DNA of 64,000 nucleotides, from the NCBI GenBank assembly GCA_001643675.2, contig LSRY02000031.1:248001-312000 (forward strand). The letters are read 5' to 3'. Under the pieces are notes generated by a model. It saw only the letters and a list, made by a program, of their open reading frames with translations, did no database searches and was not told the DNA's origin. Below are positions 14,401 through 26,261 of the stretch, in pieces. Each line of letters starts with the position of its first letter. Positions within the stretch are counted from its first letter, which is position 1. The translations under genes were made by a program, and so were the position numbers. Source of the DNA: Monocercomonoides exilis PA203 (lineage: Eukaryota; Protista; Preaxostyla).

Positions 14401-17400
14401 AAGGAAATAGCAAGCGGCGAATAAAACAACATTTGACTCTCATTGTCAACTTCATCTTTGTTTGCAACAGTTTGTGAGGAAGAGAAATTAGAAGATGCTG
14501 ATTCTGAAGAGGAATCAGAAGATGAAGTTGAAATAGCCAAGGATGAATGTCTTGTAACAATTGATGATTGTGGTTTTGATGCAATCTTTGATGTTGTTTG
14601 AGAATTGATAAGTGGAATGGTTTTTTCTTGAAAATGAACTCCTTTTTGCTTTTGGGTCATTTGAAGCAAAGAAGATACATTCTCTGGTAATAATAGTTTC
14701 TTGTTTGATGGTAATTTTGACGACGACGACGATGATGACGACGAAGAAGACATTGATTCAGAAAGAGTTGTGCTTGAAATATTTTGATTATTAGCTGTTG
14801 ATGAAGGAACAAGCACATCACTGTTTTGACTATCTGGAGCTTTCACTTGAAATGTTTTCAGTGTTTTTCTTGAACTCATTTCAGATGAAGAAGAAGACTT
14901 TTCACTTTTATTCTTCGTTGTTCTCTCAAATTTCCTCTTTCCTTTCTTTCCTTCTTCTCTTCCATCATCTCTTCCTCTTTCCCTTTTCCTCTCAATCGCA
15001 TCTTCCTTCCTCACCTCAATAATTCTCTTCATCCACCATCGTTTCCTCCTCACCTCATCCGCCACACTCCTCACCAGCCTCCCAATCCGATGCGGAAAGA
15101 GCACAAAAACAGGCAGAGCCAGCAGAATACACAGCCAATCCACAAACGCCAGAAACAACAGAACGCAACACTGCGCTTTTGGCACAACTTTCTCTGTCTC
15201 CCTCAGCACTTTCACACACTGGAACACATCAAACACCCTCCAAGGAGCAACAATCAACACAGCAATCCCAATCAGCACAAAGGGAAGTTCACACAACCAC
15301 TGCACAAACTCAGCTACCACCACAACGTGCCAAGGGAGAGCCTTCTGCTTGCTGTGCAGTCTGCGCAGAACAGAAGATGCTCGATAGAAAGTGCAGAGGA
15401 GGAGCAAAAGCATCAAAGCAGCAGGAATATCCATCAGAGTCAGCTGCAGCTGGTGCCACAGAAAAGTGCGGCGCTGCTGAGCAGACAGTCGATGGGGAGG
15501 GAGGACAAGAAAGAGGAAGACGTATGGAATGCGCCAGAGGAGAAGGGGGGAGAAGAGGAGGTAGGGCACATCTTGGATGGCTTCTGTGTAGTGGTAGAAG
15601 ACGATGTATCTTCTTCGCATGGGCACTTTGAGCTCAGCGCGGATTCTGCCGCTGCAGAAGTCGGAGAGGAAAGAAGGCAAGCGCCAGAAGAAGAGGACAG
15701 GGAAGATGGACAAGAAGAGGAAGGGGATGTCGAGGAAGATGTCGATGGCTGACAGGATGAGAGGGAGACGAATGCCAACAACGTCGACGAGGTTGCGAAG
15801 AACGTATTTGGAAGGGGTGGGTGGAGTTGAAGAGAGGGAAGAAGAGAAAGAGAAAGAGAAAGAAGAGGAAGGAGAAGAGAAAGAAGAAAAGGAGAAAAAG
15901 GAAAAGGGAGAAGAAGGAGTTGATGTGGATGTTGTGTTTGTGTGTGAAGATGAAGAGGAAGAAAGAGAAGGAGATGACAAAGAGAATGGCGAAGATATTT
16001 TTGGAGATTTTTGCTTTTCTTGTTTCTTGCTTGTTGAAGCTAAAGGAGAAGAAGAATAAACTGAAGAAGAAGAAGAAGATGATGATGATGATGAAGATGC
16101 AGATGATGATGGACTCTGAGGTGATAAAGGAGAAAACGTGCAATGAAGATCAAAAGTACATGGACTTAAAGAAGAAGAAGAAGACGATGAGGAAGAAGAA
16201 GAAGAAGAAGAAGAAGAAGATGCATTTTCTGGGCTAAGAGGATTGTTTGTGGTGTGAATGAATGATACTTGGCTGTTTGGTGATTGGTTGTGTGGCAAAA
16301 GAGAAGGAAATAAGAAAGAAGGAGTTTGAGAGGCAGGCGATGGAGAAGATGATGGAGAAGAGGAAGAGGAAGAGGAAGAGGAAGAGGATGATGATGAATA
16401 ACCTTTCTGCCTGTTGTTATTTAGACTTCTTATTGAATGTGAGGTAAGTGTTTGCGTAGGAGAAGACGAAGAGGAAGACGAAGAGGAAGAAGGAGAAAAT
16501 GAAGGAGAAAATGAAGAAAAACATTTTTCTCTTTCAACTTTTGAATGAGTTGATTTCTGTTTCATTTCATCTGTTGTGTCTGATTCTTCTGTAAATGAAT
16601 CATCAAAATCGGATTTTTGTTCATTATTCAAATTTCTTCTAACCACAATTTGTTTGTTTCTCTTCTTTTCTTCTCTTATTTTTGAGTGAATAAACTGTTT
16701 TTCGACTTCTTTTTCGTTTTCTTCTCTTCCATGTGAATGATATTTTCTTTGTTTGCTTGATATTTTTCTGCTTTTATGAGTCTTTTTTGTGTGTTTATGC
16801 TTAATACTCTCATAATTCTTCTTCTCATCTTCATTCCCTTTCATCTTCTTTTCATTTGAATTTTCTTCTTCCTTTTCTTCCTTTTCCCCTTTTTCATCTT
16901 TTTTTCCCTCATCTTCCTTTCTCTTCTCCGTCACCATAAACGCAAATTTTTTCCCTTTGCACCTGCGTTTCGCGTCGCTTATTCTGTAACATGTCAAAAC
17001 GAGTAAAACACCACCACAAAATGACATGACATTCAACAAAAGTAGCAGAAAATGCAGCAAAACGACTTTTCTTCTGGCAGACGCTGTTTTTGGAGCACGA
17101 ATCAGATCAAAAGGCAAAGAGAAAGTGTGAAAGGGGAAGAAAATGAGAATTAGACTGAGAAAAATACAGGGAATGTCGAGAAGCATCTGGAAGAAGGAGA
17201 GGAAAGAGCAGAAGAGATAGCGAGAGAGAGGGCACTGGAAGAGGGGAGGGGGGAATAAGATGTAGAAAATGAATAACAAAAATCAAAATAAAATTAATTA
17301 GAATTTTTTAAAATTAATTTTATTTGAAAAAAAAAAGGGAAGTATTAAAAAGATGAATAATAAAAAGTTTTTCATTAAAATCTTCAAAAATATATATATA

Positions 17401-20027
17401 ACAAAAATGTCTAAGAAACAAACTTTTTTCCATCTTCTAATCAGTTCAGGAGCTCGATAAACAAACAGAAAAGAAGGCAGAGAAAGAAGAAGCGTCAAAA
17501 AATCAGCGAAAAAACCGACAAAAAAATGGAGGATGAAAACAGCCTCAGAATGCCAGAAAGGAAGAGGATGGGAGAACAAAGAGCCTTCTTTGGAGGAGAG
17601 GAAAGAGGAGAAGGAAGAGGAAGAGGAGGAATTTGAAGAAGAAGAAGAAGAAGGTGATTGAAAAGATGGAGAAGAAAAGGAAGATGATGCAAAATGAGAA
17701 GAAGAAGAGGAGGAGGAAGAGGAAGAGGATGAAGATGATAAAGGAGAAGAATATGATGACAACTGGGCATAAGAAGAAGCAGAAGAAAAAGGGGAGTTAT
17801 TTGACGAAGCAACAACAGAGCAAGAAGAAGAAGAAGAAGAAGAAGAAGAAGAAGAAGAGGCAGGTGTGAAGATGAATGAAAATGAAGGAGAAAGAAATGA
17901 AGAGGAAGAGGAAGAGGAAGAGGAAGAGGAAGAGGAAGAAGATGATGATGAGGAAGATGAGGAAGAAGAAGAAGAAGAAGAAGATGTTTCTTTTAATTGA
18001 GGAGAAAGATGAAGAGAATTCGAAATTGGAGTTTTTTGTGAATTTTCTGAAGAAAAATGAGAAGTTTTTGAGGCAGACGAAGAAGATGAAGACGAAGTGG
18101 AAGAAGAAGAAGAAGAAAGAGAAAATAAACAAGGAGATTTGTGTGTTTGTGATGATGATGATGACGACAATGGAGACGATGGAGAAGAGGAGGAGGAAGA
18201 AGAGTTAGATGAGGAAGAAGATGAGGAAGAGGAAGAAGAAGAAGAAGATGAAAAAGGAGAAGAAGGAGAAGACGATGAGGAAGAGGAAGAGGAAGACGAA
18301 GAAGATGAAGGAGAAAAATCTGCTGAAGAATGTATAATTTTTAATGTATTTGTTTGAGAGCTAACAGGAACCTGCGAAGGTGGAGAAGAAGAAGAAGAAG
18401 AAGAAGACGATGAAGACGATGAAGACGATGAAGAAGGAGAAGGCGAAGGAAAAGGCGAAGAACAAGGCGAGCTGTTGATTTTAGGGCTGTTTTTCTTCTT
18501 CTCGCCCACTTTCAAAAGGAGCTCAGAAATCGAATGCTGCCCCACAAACACACCCAGAAGAAAGAGATGGCTTATCCCTCTGTTGCTTTTTGGATGCGAA
18601 TTTTCAATCAAACTCTTCTGCGATCTTCTTCTGCCATTTATCTTCTTCTTCTCCTTCTCCTTCTCCTTCTCCATTTCTTTGAGTTCTCTTCTTCCTCTTC
18701 TTCCTCTTCTTCCTCTTCTTCCTCTTCTCTCTTCTTCTCTGTCTCCTTCTGCTGCTGTGCAATCAGCAAGCAAAGTAATCCCCTCTTTCTGTGCTTTGCA
18801 CGGAGAATTGAACGAAGATGGCTTTGTTTCTTGCGCTTTACAGTTTGAATTGCTAGAAGAAGAATTAGAATATTTTGAAGAACTTGAAGAAGAACTAGAA
18901 GAAGAAGATTCAGGAGAATTCTGTCCAGACAGCTGAAATCGAGTGAGATATCGTTTTTTGAGGGACCTATTACGCTGCAGGACGAGGCGCAGGCGCCACG
19001 GCAGCAGCAGACAGAGGCCGATGCGAGCAGGGGCAGACAAGAAGAGCAAACACAACAGCCGAAGCAGCTCATCAAGCGAGATGAGAAGCAGAGCAAGAGA
19101 AATGGTGAGCGTCTGAAGAGACTCAGAGTCGAAGATAGAAGATGCTGAGGATGATGCCCCGTTCGGCATGAAATTGCGAATGTCCTGAAAATAAATAAAA
19201 GAGGATTTGGATATATTCGAGGTTGGATCTGATTTCAGGATGAAACATAAACAAAAATGATCCGATTTCTAAAGCAGACCTTTGTTGCATTGTAAATCTG
19301 AAGTGTTTCTGTGGTGCGGATGACATAAATTCTCGAGAAATGTTAATCTCCTAAAACGGGCAATGATAGAAGGAACTCTAAAAAGAAAAAAAAGTCAATT
19401 ATTCATCATTCACAAAAAATTTAAAAAGCAAAAACCTAACAAAACAACAAAAATCAATAAAAGCAACACAAAAAGCCAATGATAAAATTGGAAGTGTACA
19501 AATTGCTGTCAACGCATATGTGCTGTTTTGAATAGATATGCGTATGCTATCAAGGAAATGAAAAATAAACGCAAGACAAACAACGTGATATTTTGTGTTT
19601 TCTTTGTCAATTTCTGCAATAAAAACAACCCGCACAATTCACATGCAAAAATAACTGAAAAATTGCATTTATTTAGATCGACATATATTCGAAAGAAAAG
19701 ATAAATCACAAACCAATTGGTATCCAACAATAAATATTGTAATGCGAACTTGTTGCAAGAACAAGAAAAACTACAAATGGGCCAATACAAAATATAGCCC
19801 AATGGAAAGAGAAAAATGGAAGGCAGAATACTACAGGTAACCTCAGATTTGATACTAATAATTCCTGATGAATCGAAATAAAAAATCATTCAAACAACTC
19901 AAAAAACGTTTCTAATAAACTTTCAAACATAAAGTTGAAATGAAAAGAATATTGGAGCTCCTGTAATGATGAAAGGGGAAAAAATAATGCAAATTATCGA
20001 ACGTAAAAGTGTTTTTTTAACATTCAT
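8496..20027 (-). CDS. Giant multi-pass membrane protein with poly-Ser low-complexity inserts (multi-exon, >3400 aa)
   Basis: ORFs 8496..17279 and 17298..19169 are joined by a GT..AG intron (~17421..17188). Further hydrophobic exons run up to an ATG at 20027 (MNVKKTLLRSIICIIFSPF). Hydrophobic D(I/V)P...W/YR units are repeated. Confidence 0.75.
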
Positions 20028-20416
20028 GGAATTTAATATGGTTTAAAAAAACTTTATTTCTTTGATAGAATTCTTTTAAAATTCTTCATCACTATAAATC
20101 TTTTATCGTTCCCCAACATAAAGATTTTTCTTTTTATAAATATTTCTTATAATGGATATGAAAATTATTGAAGTTGTTGCAAATGAGTAAAAAATTAGTG
20201 AAAGTTTTTAAAAAAATCAAAGTTTAACTGTTAAAATAAAGATGAGTAAAATTTGTTTCAAAAAAAGGAATAAAAATGAAACCATCAAAAATTCACAAGA
20301 AAATATGTGAAAAGACTTTAAACCAATTAATTATCAATGATAAGTGAGTTGAACAACGTGGGTTTTCTTCTCAATAACAGATCAATGAAAAAAACCAACC
20401 AATAAAAACTATTTGT

Positions 20417-21865
20417 TTATGACTGTTCTTCTCTTTCGTAAGATTGATCGACACTGACACTTACAGAAACAACCTGAGATTGTTTTGATGATTCAGTATC
20501 CTTTGAGCAGCATCCTTGAATGAATCCAACAACTGTAAAGAAGAGTACAATCACAAATACAATTAATGCAATCACTCCAAAAGAAATGATGCTTCCCTCT
20601 GCTTGTGTCATCAAATGAGGTTCAATATATGGATATATAAATTCATATGAACTTTTCCCTGCTCTAAAAGATGTCCCAATGCATAAGCAACCAGTCGGAT
20701 TCAAAGGTGAATAAACGCAATTAGGAATCATTTGCCATTTGGTTGGATCACTTGGAAAATCATCAACAGTTGAGTATAACGTTCCATTGCACATGTATTG
20801 AATAATATTGTTTATTTGCTTTGAGCAAGTTGATTCATTCAACACAGTCAATTCATCTTTCACATTGCAATTTTTAGAAGTTGTAGACTGAATTCCGTCC
20901 ATTACTCCGTTTTTCAATGCAAAGCATAAAATCGCCACAACCAGTATTGCAATATCCAGAATCAGAATTAAAATAGCCCAAATGCGAATAAGCCATTTTG
21001 TCTTATGTGCACAGCAAGTTGAAATGCATCCATAGATCCCAAAGACAATGAGAAGTGCTCCAACCACAATTCCTCCAATGAAAATACCAAGCTGATCCTT
21101 GACAATCGGCTCAGTTGCATAAAGCACAATGCAAACAATCAGAACCAAGGCTCCAACAACTGCTATAAGAATGGATCCTAAGCTAATTGTTGTTTGCAAG
21201 AATTTGGTCATTCCCATCACTCCACCAGATGCCAAAAATCCGATCAAAACGAAAACACCAATTATGACAATAATAACTCCTAATATGAACAATTGTGTCA
21301 TATCTCTCTCCAATGCATCAGAAAAGCTTTTATCTGGCTTGTCAATTTTTTTGAGGGTATTTTCCATCTGTTCCTGATGTTCTGACCAGTTCAAAATATA
21401 GCCACTTTCAAATACTTTCCTCGAGAAAATGCAAATAACACCGATAACAATAAGAACAGCTCCAACAATTAATGTTGCAAGGAAAAACACAGCCAAAAAT
21501 CCAAAGCGGCAAGATTTTCCTGCTCCATCATAGCTGCAATTTAAAATCAAAAAATACTTTCAAAAACAAAAAAGAAAATTTATTATTCCAAACCCAGAAC
21601 CAAGAATCCCCATGAAGCATATGGCAATGATAACAACACCAACAATTAAAACAACAAGCGACATTCCAAGGGCTCCAGGATACATCGCCAACCATATTGC
21701 TCCAATAACAACAAGTGCCAATCCAAGGCACATATAAACGAAAGAAATGACTTTCAAAAATACAGAACACTTTGGTCTTGGATGATTATCTTCTATTGAC
21801 AATAAAATTCATCAATTTTGTAAAATGTAATTCAAATTGAGAAGCACACCAACGCAACAGCCCAT
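20417..21865 (-). CDS. Tetraspanin-like membrane protein, apparently two tandem 4-TM units (8 TM)
   Basis: Three exons splice in frame (MGCCV|EDNHP...GSG|YDGAG...). There are eight hydrophobic segments. The second unit has FGIYGCISTCC in TM2 and a Cys-rich extracellular loop before the last TM. Confidence 0.7.
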
Positions 21866-22521
21866 CAAATTGATCAAATTACAACATATATTTTGTAAAT
21901 CTCGGAATAAAAATTCTTCTTTGAATGAATTTGTTTCATATTTATGCTTATTAAATCAAGAAAAAGGCAATTTTTTGATTGCAATCAAAAAATAACAAAA
22001 CCGGAGTTGTGGATCATTACTGTTTATGGTAGATTATTGATCATATGATTATTATGGATTTCAACATTTCATCCATTTGATTTTTTTGAAAAGATAAATA
22101 TTTGTCAAACCACCTACGAATAAACTTTCTCTTTTATTAACTTTAAGTTTTATCGATTATTCATAATTCAACAAGACGCAAAAAGAAACACAAAAAAAAA
22201 AAAAAATAAAATAAAATAAAAATAAAAATAAAAACACTTTTCATTTCTTCATTTGAATTCTCCCTCATTTAACAAAATGCTTCCATTGCTTTGTGTCGAA
22301 AAACAAATATGATGAGAAAGAAAATTGTGATTTTTCCACATATATATGAAATCAGAAATTCCGAAAAAAGAATCCAAGATTAGAGAAAGTTGCATATTGA
22401 AAGAGAATCCCGAGCTTCTCCGTTGAAATAATTGAATAATAATTTTTCTCAAAGACGAATGAAGTTCATATGTTTCATGAATAATATCTAATCGAAAGCA
22501 TTGTTAATTCAACGAATAATA

Positions 22522-23746
22522 GGGTCAGAAATTTATCGGTACCCAAAAAATTAATGGGGACCTAAATTTTCTGGCACTCAAGAGCACTTTTAGAAAAAAA
22601 TAAATAATAGAAAATTATTAATATATAATAATATTCTATTTCTGAAAATATTTTTTCATATTTTAATTTTTGTGAAAAGATCTGGTGTTTTTTGTTTTAT
22701 TTTTCTGATCAAAGACTTGCTCATATTTTCACGAGCTTTTTGTTTTGAATGTTTTGAGTTATATCATTGTTAATAAACTGAACTTTTTTATGTTTTTAGT
22801 TATTTTTTGTTATTTAACACTTCGTTTTTTTATTATTTTTTCCATTTCACTAAATTTCGATAAAATTTAATATAAATTGTGAAATTTGAGTTACCATGTT
22901 TTTATTAGTTGAATAATAGTTAAAAAACTGATTGATATGTGTATCACCAAAATTTTGAAATGAAAAAATATGATTTGAAGTTTTAAACACAAAAATACAC
23001 TAATACATGTTTTTTTGAATAATAATCTCGATCATTAAAAATTGAAGATTTTCTTTTTTCTAATATCCTTTATTTGTTGATAATTTACATCCTTTCCATT
23101 TTGAATAAACAAAAAAACTTATTTTTTCAGATGCATTCTTCATTTTATCGAAATTAAGTGAAATGAAAAAAATAATAAAAAAACGAAGTGTTTAATAATA
23201 TGGGTGATTATTTTTGAAATCAAATTTTTTCATTCATAATTTTCGGTTTAAAAACTTATCTTGAATATTTTCATATGAACGTTGAAAAGTGAAAAGGCTT
23301 ATTGAAGGCATTCTTATCTTTCATTAGGTGAAAACATTTGTTTCTGAAAACAATTATCATGCTTTTTCTCTTTTGGATTAAAAACTTCTTTCAAAAAACA
23401 AACAATCTCTGAAAATTAACACCCCGAAAAAAGATATGATTTCAAAAATAATCACCTATATAAAATAACCAAAATTGTAAAGAAGTTATGTTCATAGACA
23501 ATGATATAATTCAAAACACTCAAAACAAAAAGCTCGTGAAAATACGAGCAAGTCTTTGATCTTAAAAATAAAACAAAAAACACCAGATCTTTTCACAAAA
23601 ATTAAAATATGAAAAAATATTTTCAGAAATAGAATATTATTATATATTAATAATTTTCTATTATTTATTTTTTTCTAAAAGTGCTCTTGAGTACCAGAAA
23701 ATTTAGGTCCTGATTAAAAAAAGGGGATACGATAAATTACTGACCC
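22522..23746. mobile_element. Non-autonomous Tc1/mariner-pogo foldback element (MITE) with ~345-bp TIRs and TA target duplication
   Basis: TA|GGGTCAG...CTGACCC|TA. Segment 22522..~22865 is the reverse complement of 23143..23746 once a nested insert is removed. There is no ORF. The termini resemble those of the pogo at 52390..54465. Confidence 0.9.
23201..23458. mobile_element. Small MITE nested in the right TIR of the 22522..23746 element
   Basis: TA|TGGGTGATTATTTTTGAAATCA...TGATTTCAAAAATAATCACCTA|TA. Removing it restores the match between the two arms of the outer element. Confidence 0.8.
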
Positions 23747-24329
23747 TAATCACTTCTTTGCTTCCTTTCCTTTATTCCTTTCATCATCTTCTTCTTTATT
23801 TATCAAAAAATAAAGAAATTTCTTTCGCATTTCCGAAGGATCTGATTGATTTGAAGATTAACTCGAAATGTCTTCTTCTGGTTTAATCGCTTTTGTTTTG
23901 TTTTAATCTTTTCCTTGGATTATTTGTTAACGGGAGTCTATCAATTCTTTCTATTTAAAAGATGAATTATTCTCTTTGATTTCTTCTTCAGTCTTTAAAA
24001 TGATACAATTTCTCTATCTTTTCTCTTTCTCTTTCTCTTTCTTTCACATGCTCCTTTTCACTGTTCTTTGTGTTGTTGCATTCTCTACAAGAAGAAGTTT
24101 TGAAACACAAAAATACGAAAAAAGAAGAGCATTTTTCAAAAATATTTGTTAATGGCAGAGAAGAAGAAGAAGAAGATGTGATATTCGTTTTCATTCCAAT
24201 TGCAAATTTTTTTCAAAATGAACTCTTCTTCAATCTTGTCAATGATTGATATCTGAAAAACACTTTTTCTTTCTTTCTTTTTTTGCAACAGCAAAAAAGC
24301 ATTTATTCAACAAATAAAACAAAAAGCCA

Positions 24330-25790
24330 CAAACACACTTTCCTCTGACAAGCAAGAAATCTCAAAATTAATTGAACAAAAAATGTGATGAAACCAATAA
24401 TTGCTTTAGATTATAAAAATTTTATCGTTTTCTTTGTTAACATGTGGAATGTTTCAAAGCCTTTCAAAACATTTGAAGTGGAGTGTTGTGAGCTTCGTTT
24501 ACTGCAATTCACAAGACAATTTTAACTTCGTATGATAAATTGCAATTGTAACTTTTCGTTAAATCCGAAAAACTGATCACAACATCTTCATATCCCCTCT
24601 CTTCCATCATTTCGAAAATCTTTCTTTTCGTCTCTTTTCGTTTTGTTTCATCGTTTTTGTTTTCCACTTGAAATTCAATCTTTTGCAAAGTTCTTTGAAA
24701 ACACCCAAATAATCGGAAATATTTCAGTGACTTTCATTTGATTGAATGATCTGCTCCATAATTACCTCAATAACTCCTCATTTCAAAAGCACTTTAATTT
24801 CTCTCAATTCACTTCTAGCCATTCTTCTGAAGGATTCCATGCACCTAAAGGATATTGAAGGGAAGTTATCCTTCTCCGTTCGAATAACTCTAACAATGCA
24901 ACTTGTGTAACTAAAAAATTCTTCATCCATCAATCTGCACACTCTCATAGAAGAAGTCAATATGATGAGTCATTTGTCAAAAACAAACATCTTTGTCATT
25001 TCTTCTCTTATCTTTTCTTTCTTCTTTTCTTTCTTCTTTTCTTTCTTCTTTTCTTTCTTCTTTTCTTTCTTCTTCAAATCCAGACATCCAATAAGTTCTT
25101 CCAATTCTGTTGCTCCTTCTCCTTCAAAATAAAGCGTATTAACAAATGTTTCTTCCAAATTAAGATTAGAGAAGCATGTGATAAGCAAAAACTCCCAAAC
25201 AAATTGATACGAAAGGCGAGTGAGATTGTGATGCTTTTGATTGCATTGAATTATCTCTTTGATCTCGTTGAGGACAAGTTCTTGTTCGATAAACTTCTAA
25301 GAAACAAGGGAAAATCAATAATATCAAAAACAAAATTGAAACTCCCAAACAAAAAAATGGTCAATTGCATTCAATGTCAGCGAGGCCATATCCACTTCTT
25401 TCTGAACTTCCTCGCTTTCCTCCTTGTTCAAAGCGACCTTCATAATTCAAAACATGCAAATAAAAGTTAACTCTGATGGGAAGAATCGATAAAGAGAAAT
25501 GCAGCATTCACAAAGATAAACGAGTTAATTTTCGTTTTTTCCTTTTTTCCTCCTTCTTTCTCAATCATAATTTTAAATTTTCTGTATATCATTGAAAAAT
25601 TATTGTGATAATTCGAGGAGTTCATTGTTTTTTATAATATCCAAAACGCTGCAACAACATAGTTGCAGCACTTGTCGCCAGTTTCCATTCTTCAATCTAT
25701 CTGTGAATATTATTAAACAGATCTCCTGAAAAAACGAAATCGAATTATTCTTTATCCATCCGTTCAATCATTCGATCCATCTCTCCAATC
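24330..25790 (-). pseudogene. Degraded copy of a helical protein, probably from an expanded lineage-specific family
   Basis: Fragmented protein-like frames with many stops and frameshifts (LEETFVNTLYFEGEGATELEELIGCLDLKKKEKK, CMESFRRMA). Includes a 12-bp KKEK-coding tandem repeat at ~25013-25075. Confidence 0.5.
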
Positions 25791-26261
25791 CTCTGTCTTT
25801 GTTCGTCTTCAACTTAATGTTCCAGTACAGAAAACAATATTTTGACAATGTTAAAGAAAATAATAACATCATCCGTTCAAAATGAAATCACATTTATAAA
25901 TCATTGAACTTATTAAAAGATGTTATCTCCTTCATCTGGGGCAAAATTTTTGCAATTGAGAAAAAAACTGGGATTTGTTTTAAACTTGTTAAGAAATCAT
26001 ATCATTATAAATCAACCGAAACAGTGCAAAAAAATTACAGAAAATTTCAAAAATTGAAAAAATATGTACAAAATATTGAATGGAACAAAATTTATAAAGT
26101 AAAATATTGTGTCCCATCTTCTCACAGTGATTCCCATGAAACAACAATATTTTTATCATTCTGAAGTAACCGAATCACAGCAAGAGAGAGAAAAAAACAT
26201 CAAAATCAACTTCCGAGTCAGTTAAAAACAACGTTAAAGTTATCCTTTTTTATTTGATATA

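Noticed and set aside
4593-19096. Many short antisense or alternate-frame ORFs rich in S/F/L or K/R/E
   Set aside because: They are shadows of the coiled-coil and poly-Ser genes, caused by low-complexity GAA/TCT codon usage.
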